A DNA stretch of 64,000 bases from Parasitella parasitica NRRL 2501 (lineage: Eukaryota > Fungi > Mucoromycota): positions 164,276 through 228,275 of the forward strand of contig MU619257.1 in NCBI GenBank assembly GCA_025201805.1. Direction: 5' to 3'. The notes beneath the pieces were generated by a model that did not search any database, was not told the origin of the DNA, and worked only from the letters and a program-made list of their open reading frames with translations. Shown one piece after another: positions 12,923 through 23,601 of the stretch. The position numbers and the translations under genes were made by a program. Within the stretch, counting starts at the first letter, position 1. The number at the start of each line of letters is the position of its first letter.

Positions 12923-14571
12923 CACTATTTCCCAAAATGATTGGGACACTTTTTGAAAACGCAAGAGACGAAATTAAAAAACAGATGAGACAGTTCTCGA
13001 ATTTGATTGGCACAAAAATAAAAGTTAGCTCGAGACACTTGAGGAAAATGAATGAGACAAATTACGAGTTTCGAGTATCCCATACTACAAAGGTTGTTTA
13101 TTCAAGCATACCTTGAACTTGTTAAAAGAATAACGGACAAATCCTTCAAGATCGTTATAAAAAACACTATTGCATGCATCAGCTATTCTGCTAGTGAGAT
13201 TCTCGCTTGCCAATAGCTTTTCTCTTTTCAGCTTGCTTTTTACGACATGCCAAAATTGTTCGATGGGGTTTAGCTCTGGAGAGTATGGAGGAAGATATAC
13301 ACACCTATAGCCTCGCTGAACGATATATCTTTCAATGTCGTCGGCTGTATGAATAGGCGCGTTATCCATTATGATATAGAAGCCTTTGAACCTCTCATCC
13401 TTGTCCAGAACGTCTAGTGTCTTAGCTACAAAATTCAAAAAATGTCCTGTTACCGTACCCCCAGATCCTACTTTGCCAGAGGCTCCACCTATCTTTCTCT
13501 TCTTGTTAGAGACGCCGGGTATTCTTACTTGAACATTGATGACACCCCAAACACTTACTGCGCCAAAAATAGTTGTGGTTTTGGCCCTCGTTGAGAGAAC
13601 AACTACCTCAGCGCGGGTACCTTTCTCAGACCAAGCCATTGTTCGCTTAAGGTTGACATGGAAAGCAGATTCATCAAGAAAGACGCAATTCGACATGTAG
13701 TCCATATCTGTTTGCTCCCATCTCTTCACCCATTCGTAGCGTCTTGAAATGCTTTCAGGGGAGTTTCTTTCCTTCGAGTGGAAATGGGCTTTCTTGAAGG
13801 ACAAGGCACAGTCATTGACCATATATCGGTGGACAGACGACTTGCTAACCTTTAAGCCAAGAAAAACTTCGATTAGACTTTCCATGGCCTGGTTTATAGT
13901 CGCAGATGGGTTATCCACAAATTCTTTCTTCAAGTGGTCCTTTTGGTCATCGTTGAGGAGTTTTGATCGGCCAATTTTCTTCTTCTCATCAGCTGAACCA
14001 GTAGTGTTTTCGCCAACACCGCTTCTGTTTTTGATTTTGTCTTGGTCCTCTTTATACCATCGATATGCAGTAGACCGAGGTATGTTGGCAGCTTTAGCAG
14101 CTTTACCGGCAGTCATATCATCATTATATACAAAGCTGAAGAACCTAGCCTTATCTTGTTCAGTATAAACATTATGTGTATGAATAGACGTCTTCTTATG
14201 TCCAACATTCTTCATCTCAACGTCGCGAGCAAGTTTCCCCTTTTCAGCAGATTTTCCGTCGATATAGGTACGGTAGTTTGTGATGTCCCCTAGTGGATAG
14301 TTCATATCGTCTACTTCCATGTTAACAGGCTCGTTTCCACATTCGTCTACTGGAGGATTTACACCATCCTCTTGATAGAATTTGTAGGTAGTCATTTTGA
14401 TTGTGAAGATGAAAATTCTCTGACTTTGTCTCGTGTCCCATTCATATTCCTCAAGTGTCTCGAGCTAACTTTTATTTTTATGCAAATCAAATTCGAGAAT
14501 TGTTCCATCTGTTTTTTTAATTTTGTCTCTTGCGTTTTCAAAAAGTGTCCCAACTATTTTGGTAAATAGTG
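12923..14571 (-). mobile_element. Tc1/mariner (IS630-like) DNA transposon, 1649 bp, ~137-bp TIRs, TA target duplication
   Basis: Left TIR 12923-13059 (CACTATTTCCCAAAATGATTGGGACAC...) is the imperfect reverse complement of 14434-14571. TA at 12921-12922 and 14572-14573. Confidence 0.95.
13085..14395 (-). CDS. DD34E transposase, 436 aa, uninterrupted
   Basis: HTH region (AAKAANIPRSTAYRW), FLDES, IMDNAPIH, YLPPYSPELNPIE. 34 residues between the second D and the E. Confidence 0.95.
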   Translation of the reverse strand: MTTYKFYQEDGVNPPVDECGNEPVNMEVDDMNYPLGDITNYRTYIDGKSAEKGKLARDVEMKNVGHKKTSIHTHNVYTEQDKARFFSFVYNDDMTAGKAAKAANIPRSTAYRWYKEDQDKIKNRSGVGENTTGSADEKKKIGRSKLLNDDQKDHLKKEFVDNPSATINQAMESLIEVFLGLKVSKSSVHRYMVNDCALSFKKAHFHSKERNSPESISRRYEWVKRWEQTDMDYMSNCVFLDESAFHVNLKRTMAWSEKGTRAEVVVLSTRAKTTTIFGAVSVWGVINVQVRIPGVSNKKRKIGGASGKVGSGGTVTGHFLNFVAKTLDVLDKDERFKGFYIIMDNAPIHTADDIERYIVQRGYRCVYLPPYSPELNPIEQFWHVVKSKLKREKLLASENLTSRIADACNSVFYNDLEGFVRYSFNKFKVCLNKQPL

Positions 14572-15345
14572 TATATCGTAAGTTGACAGGAAAACAAATA
14601 CGCATGTTTCAAATTATAATACTGCTGGTAAGTTGTGAAATGAGTTGGTTTTTTTTATGAAGCAATTTTTTCTCCTAAGTTCGAATTGCCGAGACGAAAT
14701 GTTTGTACAAAGGATATTCGTATTTGATTTAAGTAGTTGTTCCTAAGGGTTTACTGTGTTTCTGTGATCTGTTCTTCAATTGGAATAGGCAACAATTAAT
14801 AAAAGCAAATTACGAAAGAAAAGCTCTATGTTTATTTGAAGATCAACGTCTACTTTTAATGTCTCAGGTACCGAGTTCTTGGACAGACTACATCTTGTGT
14901 ATCTTCTCTTATCACGTGCTTCCTTTCTTGGTAATCTAAGAATAAGTAATTTACGGCACTAATCAAAATTTGATACTCTGCGGTGCGGGTTTTGTGAAAT
15001 TGGTAGCGATGTTTTGGAAAGATCTTGCAGTAAACAGGTCAATGCCGAGACTAATTAGACTGTTTTTCTGTTGTTTAAGTGTATATTATGTCGAATAACT
15101 AGGATATGGTATGGTATCTCAGCGATAGAATAGCAAATAATTATATATGACAGTATTTTAAACGTAAGAAAGTTCGATTTATTTCAAATATGAAGCATAA
15201 TTCCATATATATGTCTAAAATGAGACGTTCCCAGAATTCAACATCAGGTTCAGGAACGTAGCTTCAATTGGCTCAGACTCTGATCACGTGCGGGTGATCA
15301 ATTAGCACCACCAAAAACAATTTACATCTGTAAAAAATTAAGACA

Positions 15346-15427
15346 GTCGCTTTGTCCGAGTGGTTAAGGAGTGTGATTAGAAATCACATATGCTCTGCAT
15401 GCGCAGGTTCAAATCCTGCAGGCGACG
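15346..15427 (+). tRNA. tRNA-Ser, anticodon AGA
   Basis: Acceptor stem GTCGCTT/AGGCGAC, D arm with TGG, anticodon arm TGTGA-TTAGAAA-TCACA, long variable arm, T arm GCAGG-TTCAAAT-CCTGC, discriminator G. A T-run follows at about 15434. Confidence 0.96.
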
Positions 15428-15714
15428 ATATTATTTTTAAAAATAAGAATGTGGTGCATGTAGCACATAAAAGAAAAATTCGTTCCACTCGCGGAATATC
15501 AGAGTGGGCATAGTTCTGTCACGCTGCACCCTATTTTTTCTTCTAAGATAAAATTATCAACCTGTCAACTGCCAATCCATTGTCTTTATCACTATTCAAA
15601 ACCAATAACTTCCAATTTAATCTAGGTTCAATGCCTGATTTATCAAAAATGTGAAATACATTCACTATGATGATCTGCATTCCACTTCTAGATTCATCCA
15701 GTTACCTTAAATTG

Positions 15715-16140
15715 ATATAGACTACATATGCGCACAGATAATAAGATGTGCAATACAGATTTATACTATATAAGATATAAGCTAGAGATGGCACCATTAG
15801 GATGGATGACGCTATAGACTGATACTTATATCTCGACACGAGCCTTAGACATTTACTAGATTTAGTATATGCTACGAGCTTATGCTATATAAGATCTATG
15901 CTTCAGATGCGTATTCCCAGTTTCTAGATACGCACTACAAGACATATACTTATATCCATGATACTAACTACAGATACATCACGTACTACAGACTTGTACA
16001 ATATGTGCAATGCTATAGATATGCTTATGACATGCTATAGACATGCTACATATACCAATATATGCTAAGATGAATACCAAGTGATATACACTCAGACATG
16101 TACTATTAATAAAGACTGGATAAGACTATACAAGGAATGA
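15715..16140. repeat. Degenerate minisatellite-like region (CTATAGACATG-like 11-13-bp units)
   Basis: Recurrent ctatagacatg / ctacagatac / ctatagatatg variants, for example 16012-16052. No ORF. Confidence 0.55.
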
Positions 16141-16171
16141 TATACGCTTATGGATAGAAGATTGATCAGGG

Positions 16172-16398
16172 TGTTGTGCCAGTGTCAAAGGGCGCAGCGT
16201 AATGTCATGTAAAATATGATTCGTATAAAGTAATAAGACTTTTCTGAATAAAACCAGATACAAAACTGAAGACTTTTATTGAAATAAGATATGATCTCTA
16301 TTTATACTAAAATATATCCTAATCAATGTTTATCCACATAACATCTGATGTTTGACAAGAAGTGTCAAACCTTATTAAATTACAGCATTTCCAGGACA
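16172..16398 (-). mobile_element. Solo-LTR-like unit A1 (227 bp)
   Basis: TG...CA ends. Minus strand carries TATAAATAG followed by AATAAA. Hairpin GTTTGACA-agaag-TGTCAAAC. Near-identical copy at 50617-50845. Confidence 0.7.
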
Positions 16399-16399
16399 G

Positions 16400-16617
16400 T
16401 GTTGTGCCAGGTCTTGAAATTGAGCACAGCAGGTAATTGTATATGATATGAAGAATATAAGAAAGTGATAAAGACTTAATTTACCAGATACAAAACTATT
16501 GATTTATTGATTGACAAGAAGCTGTCTATTTATATTAGAATAAATCTATCTGAATCAATCTATAAAATACAATCAGGTCATGTTTGACATTTAATTGTCA
16601 AACAAGATTATAACACA
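16400..16617 (-). mobile_element. Solo-LTR-like unit A2 (218 bp), diverged relative of A1
   Basis: Starts TGTTGTGCCAG like A1, shares ACCAGATACAAAACT, minus-strand TATAAATAG...AATAAA and hairpin TGTTTGACA-tttaat-TGTCAAACA. Ends ...AACACA. Confidence 0.65.
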
Positions 16618-16618
16618 G

Positions 16619-16878
16619 TAGTAGTCAGAGCAAAACCTATTTCTATATTTAATCAGCTAATCGTTATGAATGTGGATCATTCATCGATAAGTTGAGCTTC
16701 GCAATTGAATAAGTAGAACCCAAATAGATGGTTTCTTATACAAGACATTCTATTGAATACTTCTATTTACTAGATAGAATAATCAATGCCATTTAACCTT
16801 AGATCCGATCAGGAACGGTTGCCATGACAACTGAGTTGAGATAGTGGCAACCATGGTATTCTATGGATACAACAGACA
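16619..16878 (-). mobile_element. Third LTR-like unit B (260 bp), more distant
   Basis: Lies between A2 and the conserved flank, ends ...CAGACA. Minus-strand TAAATAGAAG...CAATAGAA and a GGTTGCCA...TGGCAACC hairpin sit at positions equivalent to those in A1 and A2. Confidence 0.45.
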
Positions 16879-17490
16879 GACCTATCTTTCTATTTTACAT
16901 TAAAGAGAAGATTGGGTAGGATGTCGGGAAGACATCCCGCGATCTGATCTAGATTAAGCAGTGAATGGACCGGCTGAAAAAAAGAAACTGTTTTGAAAAG
17001 GTCCGAAAACCACTGTATTATAAGATTCGCTGATGACTACATGAAGGATATTGTTGTGCGGTGGCGTGTGCCATGTAGTCTCATTGCCACCATATATTAG
17101 TTAGACGCAAAACACTCCCTCTCACTATCAAGTATTATATAATTTATATCTTATCCAAACAAATAAACAATAGTCTTTATCCCATTAACCATTAGTTTTG
17201 GTAACCTTGGTTATATCTCTGTTGTGTGTTATACAGTCGTTATTGAACAATCGCTTAGTTTAAATCCAATATCAGGTAAATATCGGTCCACGCAACAGTA
17301 TAATGAAGGAGGCAGTACAAAACGAATTAAATGATATACATTAGATGGGTGCTATTGCATCCATATAATACGTCAATCAATACTATGCGTAGAGGATATA
17401 GGAACATGATTTCAAAAAAAAAAAAAAAAAAGTATAATATCAGACACAGAAATGACTTTATTGATAAGAAAATGCCATATTTTATACTAG
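16879..17490. repeat. Dispersed non-coding repeat, copy 1 (homologous to 50846-51370)
   Basis: Shared blocks GACCTAT..CTATTTTACATTAAAGAGAAGATTGGGTAGGATGTC..GACATCCCGCGATCTGATCT, CGCTGAT.GACTAC, TATGCG.AGAG and ATCAGACACA..AATGACTTTATTGATAAGAAAAT occur in the same order at both loci. Confidence 0.85.
17052..17297 (+). mobile_element. Solo LTR (246 bp) inserted in the dispersed repeat
   Basis: TGTTG...CAACA inverted termini, TATATAA at about 17136, AATAAA at about 17162. Absent from the homologous copy at 51.1 kb. Flanks ATAT/GTAT form an imperfect 4-bp TSD. Confidence 0.7.
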
Positions 17491-17560
17491 ACGGGCTGGC
17501 CACCCTGCCCACTCTGGTGATTTTTGCACCTTCGCTACGCTGCGGTAAAAATCGACCCTC
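17487..17560 (-). mobile_element. Helitron-like 3' terminus
   Basis: Minus strand ends ...GGGCAGGGTGGCCAGCCCGT-CTAG|T, with GC-rich hairpins just upstream (GATTTTT..ACC..GGT..AAAAATC). No 5' TC end or Rep/Hel ORF identified. Confidence 0.45.
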
Positions 17561-19138
17561 ATTTACACTCCTGATCGAATCCAAGGATGAATATCACTGG
17601 TTATTTTATAAAAAATAGAAGCAATCATGGAATTTCTTGCATATAAGTGTTATATCTGTAGAATAACCATGTTTACCATATTATTTCAATTCATTTGTCA
17701 TTGCAAACGTTCCTAATCGAATCCAAGGTTATATGTCACCACATGTTCTATTATATAGTAAATAGTAATAATTAATAGAACGTCTTGTATAAGAAAGTAT
17801 CTATTTAGGTTCTACTTGTTTTATTTTGCGAAGCTAAACTTATCGATGAATGATTCACATTCATATTAATTGGCTGATAGGATAGGTCTTGTTTGGAAAT
17901 TGTACTGCTTTTAAAGGGGTAATACCGTTGATTATAAGATGTAGAAGCACAGTTCAGAGCAGAAGAAATTGTACAGTAATTCAACATATGAAAGCTTAAG
18001 TTACAACTAATTCTAAGGATGCCCCATAAATACCACAACTTTAGTAATTTGTATATGATATTATTTCACACAACTTCAGTTCGTATCCATCGGCATTCGG
18101 TTCCACAGAGCCTAGTAGAAGATAAACAAATGTAGGCGTTGGTGGCTCCTTTTAGAAAGCTTCCAGACCATGCAGTCTCTGTTTCTTGATAAAATTATCC
18201 ATTAATACAATAAAAGCAGTTTTAAAGAGCAAAAAAGAATGTCAATATCAGTTTGTTAACTACCCTTGACCAAGTAATAGCCAAGTGTAAACAAGTATAC
18301 TATCGCAAGAAAATGGAATGTGTAGCGACGGGATTAGCTTCCAAATTCAACAAAACTGAGCGGAACGCCACTCAATAGTCTTTTAAATACCATTAATAAG
18401 CAATTGGTAATGGTATTCTTTCGGTCAAATTCTGCTCATCTTCCAGACGTTGTAAAGATAGTTGGCCCGCTTTATGCGGTTGTTTTGCTTGAAATTGAAT
18501 TGACGTAACGGTAAAACAGACTGAGTAATGCAGTGCTGTGTACGCTGATAGTTTATGATGACCAACTAATATAGCGCTTATACAATGGATTTTCAAAAAC
18601 TATGTTTGCTGCCTTTTATGAGCCGTCCAAAACAGAGCTACCCAGTTTTCCTGTCATAAGTGTTATAAAAAAGAAATCAGACATGAACACACATCCAGCT
18701 ATGCAAGAAGTTTTTGGCGGTTGAAATAGAATCAGATACGAAAAGAAGTAAAAAAAAAAACTTTCATTAATCGAAAGGTTTGATTAGTGTAAGTCATCAT
18801 AGATGTTCAGGAACCATTTGAGAGGCGTTGCCCCGATGGGCAGTCAATTTGACAATGTCTACTCGTAATCCTATAAATCAAAGCACGGAAACGGAAGGGT
18901 TAGGCTATTACTAAGAGATAATACTGTTTCTGTGTGAAATTTGCCATCAGAGACATTTGTAATTTTGGCAAAAGGGTTCGATAACATTTCTTTAAAAAAA
19001 GTTAGTCAGTGTACAATCTTAGACTCTTGATGTTTACGATGCTGAGAATTGTATCGGGTTAATTCGTACATTTGTGGGACAAATAAATTTGCACAATTGC
19101 TAATCTTTTGTATATTTCTTTTCTTTTCTTTTCTTTTC

Positions 19139-20585
19139 ATGATGATTTATACCGAAAACCCTGTCATTGTTGTAGGCGCTGGTGTAATTGGCCTTTCTGT
19201 TGCATTGCAGCTGAAGCTAAAGGGATACAAAAAGGTTACCATCGTAGCTAAATATATTCCAGGTGATCTTTGTATTGAATACACATCACCGTATGCAGGT
19301 AAATATGCACATGTAAAAAGACAATTTAGGCTGTTTATATTAAAACTTACCACATTTAGGTGCCCATTGGAGATCCATGGCGCCGGGTAGTAACAAATTG
19401 CTGCAAAGTATGTGTTGGCTGTGCCATTGAATTGCTAATTCGATCTAACTGAAGTATCAAGAGTTCGATGCTGTAACATATGATAGGTTTATGAATCTCG
19501 CTCATTCCTCAGATAATCCTGGCATTATGATTCTACCCAGCTATGACTATTACGATGATGCTTCGTCTCCTGATATCACTGATCCATGGTTTAAAGACGT
19601 AGTTCGAGATGTAGGTTTTATACATAAAATGTTACGTCTGAAAGTCTTATTGATTGTTGCTCTACAAGTTTGAATTTTTGACGGAGAAGGATGGCTTGCC
19701 GCATGGAGCACAATTAGGGCACAAATACACGACTGGTAACTTGAAATAAATAATTGTTATCAAAAGCTAATGTTGATGTTAGTGCTTATCAACACACCTG
19801 TCTACATTACATGGCTTGCTTCTAAATTCAAGGCTTTAGGAGGAGAAATTGTTCAACGCAATCTCGGCCATATTGATGAAGTTTTCGGCCTACAAGAGGA
19901 TCCCAATGTAATTAACTGCACTGGATTGGGCGCTCGATATATAGGCGGTGTCAATGACGAAGCCGTATTCCCTACTAGAGGACAAACGATTGTTGTCAAA
20001 GCAACGCATATTAAAAAAACCATTACACACTTAGGTCAGTGGTTTGGAACTCAGTATCTTATTAGTAGGCGACTTTTGTCCTAAATAGTAAATTTGTATA
20101 GGGACACAAGGCATCAATTATGTGATCCCAAGATCTGATGGAACGGTTATTCTGGGCGGAACTGCCAATAAACATGATTTGTAAGCTTTTCTTGGAACTT
20201 GGTATACACAGAACAGCTAATTCAATGATAGCAATCCATTTCCGGAGGCACAAGCCAGCAAGACCATCTTGGAAAAGACACTTGCACTATGTCCTGAATT
20301 GAAGGATCAACCATTAGATATTGTAAAATACAACGTTGGCTTGCGTCCGTCCAGAATTGGTGGTGTACGTATTGAAAATGAGTTGCTCAGTAAGTATATT
20401 TCCTTTGACGGGGATGCAATATTGTACTAATCAGCCTAGCTTCGAGAAACAAAAAACAGACTATCCAAGTAACGCATGGCTATGGCCATGGAGGTTTTGG
20501 TGTCCAATCCAGCTGGGGCTGTGCCGAGTACATTGTCCAAGTCATGCAGGATGGGCTCACCGAATCGAAGGCAGCTCGTCTCTAG
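19139..20585 (+). CDS. DAO1: D-amino-acid oxidase (multi-exon), peroxisomal
   Basis: VIVVGAGVIGLS FAD motif, YTSPYAGAHW, VINCTGLGA, FPTRGQT, YVIPR, VGLRPSR, HGYGHGGFGVQSSWGCA. C-terminal ARL* is a PTS1. Confidence 0.92.
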
Positions 20586-20861
20586 CTATGGCGACTATTT
20601 TGAACACTTGCTATCAGCACACGGTAAATCTATCGTTTTAAACAAATATGTAATATGCCAGTTGTACAATACAAAACTCGGATGGTGCATTTTACTATTA
20701 AAAGGATGATGCTCTTTTTTTGTTTATCGTATTTACATATTTTCAAATGGGTTGCTATTATTGTACTTTAGGCAGGGCCATTGCCAAGGGTGCAATGTAT
20801 TGTGGAATGATTCGAAGCACACCAGAGAAATGTTGTTTCAATTACACATAGTTGCTATTTG

Positions 20862-21158
20862 CTAGCTGGTACAAACGATGGTATCTCCTAATGGCTTCTC
20901 AATTACTTGAATTTGTGAGTGTACTTGAAGTGAAGCTGTATGGAGAGTATTGTAAATGCTCGTTAGATGCACTGCAAATTGGGCTTTTGACAAATACGTT
21001 CTCCCACATTCCGCACAATACGTAATCTTATCTTTGGTGTCTATTTGTGGACTTTTCGTGCCCTCATTGCTATGACTTGAAGATGGTAGTCTTGTCACAT
21101 CAAGAAAAGACAGCACTTTTTTCCTCATGCCACGCTTGGTCTTAGTTTTTGCCTTCAT
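20862..21158 (-). CDS. Possible small zinc-finger-like protein
   Basis: ATG-initiated 98-aa ORF with YCAECGRTYLSKAQFAVHL (C2H2-like, second His not evident). Confidence 0.35.
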   Translation of the reverse strand: MKAKTKTKRGMRKKVLSFLDVTRLPSSSHSNEGTKSPQIDTKDKITYCAECGRTYLSKAQFAVHLTSIYNTLHTASLQVHSQIQVIEKPLGDTIVCTS

Positions 21159-21419
21159 TTTTGCATTCTACTGAGAGAAAAATGAACAAAGCTTTGACAG
21201 ATATGCTTGTCTTTACAACCTTGTTGCAAGCCATTTTGACACGGAGTGTAACAACACACTGAAATTTATAATATATTAGACACAAGCATTATGAAATCCA
21301 TAGATTAGAGATAACAGCAATTGAAAATAATACACATAATTGATAAATCGATACCATTATTAAGATGATAATTTCGAAATTTGTATTGGGATGTTGGTAT
21401 AGAAAAAAGAAAGGTATAG

Positions 21420-23601
21420 TTATGCTCTATGAATAATGCATCGTTTAACCGGATCAGTAGGTTCTGCCGAATTCCATTGAGTGATAGTTGAAAAAGATAC
21501 AAATGCCATACTATAGAAAGAGTTATTTTTGTTAGTATGCTTTGAACTGTTCGGTAAAGGAATCGCATTACCATATTATGCCAAACAAAATCAGCGCAAA
21601 ATTAGCGATGCGTCGAGTTGGAGGCAGCTCCAAAGCTTTCAAGTGGAATAAAGGGGGGAAAACAAAGCACAGTGGGATGCAAAACAAGGCGCCAACCAAA
21701 GACACAAACTTGTCCAGTTTATCCTTTGAGCCCACAATGCCGATGCCTGCACATAAAAATACAACGAAAACTCGAAACACATTCTTTTGCCACTTGACAA
21801 TGGCATTGTTCTTTCCTGATTTGGTAGTGAATAGCCCGTTCTCCATGATGCGAATAGCAGGAAATAGCTGCAGCGGTATCGACAGGCAGATGGCCAGCGA
21901 ATAGAGCGTCTGGATAGATGACACCATGGGATCTTTGCTGGGTAAATTTAGCAAAATGATGGTCTGCACATTCTCGCCAAATGTCATGTAGGATAAAGCG
22001 CCCATTGTGATAAACAAGCAAGTGATCACAGTAAGCGCTCTTGTTAGCACTCGAGGGAACTTTTTGGGATCCCTCATGGATTCAGTGATGGGAATAACTA
22101 AGAAAAAAAAAAAGGTTAGCAAGGCAGTCATCTCCTTGCATGGCCCACTAACCTAGTCCAATGCCTTCAAACGTAAATGCTGCAGTACCAAGGAATAATG
22201 GATAGTGCAGTGGATTCCACATTTCCACCTGAACCATACCAATCGTAAACAGCTCTTTTATATCATAGTAGACCAAATAGATCAGCCCAATCACGATAAA
22301 GACGTCTGCAATCAGTGCAAAAACTGATAGTCTCTGGATCTTTCTGATCATGGCCAGCGGAATGAAAGCAAAGCTTTGCGCCAGTATCAAAAGATGCATA
22401 GGAATCGTAACTCGACATTTCGAAAAGGTAAGGACCAATGACTGCAAATTTTCTGCAACAAAGATCATGTAAGCACATACGAATCCAATCTGTGACAATG
22501 TGATGGCGACAAGCACAGCAACCCGCATACGAGACCCATATAACACACCTCCCATGTCCCCAAAGCTGGCCGGAACAACCAGGCGAGTTTGCACAAGCAA
22601 CAGAAATGACCACAACGAAATCAACGCCCATGCAATGATGGCAAAGGTGGAGAAAACAAGGCCTCCATTGTAGAATCTGAATGGAAACAGGTCAGACTAC
22701 ACGCCATGCCAAGCCATGTGGAAATTACTTACGCTTTAGGCAAAAACATAATACCTGTCGTGACAAATGACTTTAGCAATAGAAACATGGCCTTGCCAGG
22801 TGTTGCTTTTCCTTGCAAAGTCTGTCCTGGACGTGATCTCGACAGCAGTGGCATCGTCTCTCGAGCTTGCAATTGCTTGTATTGTATGGGAACTAGCGGT
22901 TTTTTCGAGTTTGCTGAGGTGGGCAATGGCAAACCTTGAGTCGTATCGGATGCACCGTAAGAATACGATGCATTATTTAAAGGTGGGCGGTAGGCCATGA
23001 TGCCACCCTCAGGAATGCTGTCTTCTTCACTGCTTGCATCGTCTTCGCTCGAGTGGTAGGAATCAGACGAGGAATTAGACGAAGATGATTCTGCATCGCT
23101 CAGATTTTCACCGCCAAAATGGCCATACAAGCACAGAAACTCGACAAAACTGGATGTAACAAAATTAGGCGGCTTCTTTCCTTGTTGCGCTGCTTTGCTT
23201 AAAACGTAGTGGCGCCTGAACCCACCCGGCTGCTTTAACGATTGCAATGATACGTCGATCGTTGGCTCACGGTGAGCAGGTAACGATACACTTTGAGTTC
23301 GATTTCTCTTTTGTTGCTTGTCCTCTACTTGAGCTGTCCATTTGTAAATTTCGTCCAGAATAGATCCGCCAGGTAAGAGATGGTGTGTGTTGTACGTTGG
23401 CTGCTTCTTCTCATCCTGCTGCTGCTTAAGTTTTTGCTCTTTTTTATGTTGCTTCTGCTGTTTGCGCTGTTTGCGTTGTTTACTTGAAGGATACGGCGGT
23501 ATCAGAGAAGACGAGGATGATGCAGGGTGGTAAACAAGGTGGCGTTTCACTACTTTGGCTACTTGTTCGACAGGCAAGTCAATGGTTACTGAGCGTTCCA
23601 T
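21420..23601 (-). CDS. AVT3: Vacuolar amino-acid transporter, Avt3/Avt4 family (Aa_trans), 4 or more exons
   Basis: PGGFRRHYV, FVEFLCLYGHFGGE, LLKSFVTTGIMFLPKAF, GTAAFTFEGIGL, IPLQLFPAIRIME, LDKFVSLVG. Last exon ends ...RCIIHRA* at 21420. An upstream exon cannot be excluded. Confidence 0.9.

Noticed and set aside
7330-15065. TAGACTGTTT at 7330 and 15056 as the TSD of the large transposon
   Set aside because: No convincing terminal inverted repeats lie inside these positions, and a 10-bp match can occur by chance. Element ends remain undefined.
15252-15305. Second tRNA upstream of tRNA-Ser (GTAGCTTCAATTGG A-box-like; TGATCAC..GTGATCA hairpin)
   Set aside because: No T-arm/B-box or acceptor stem could be built.
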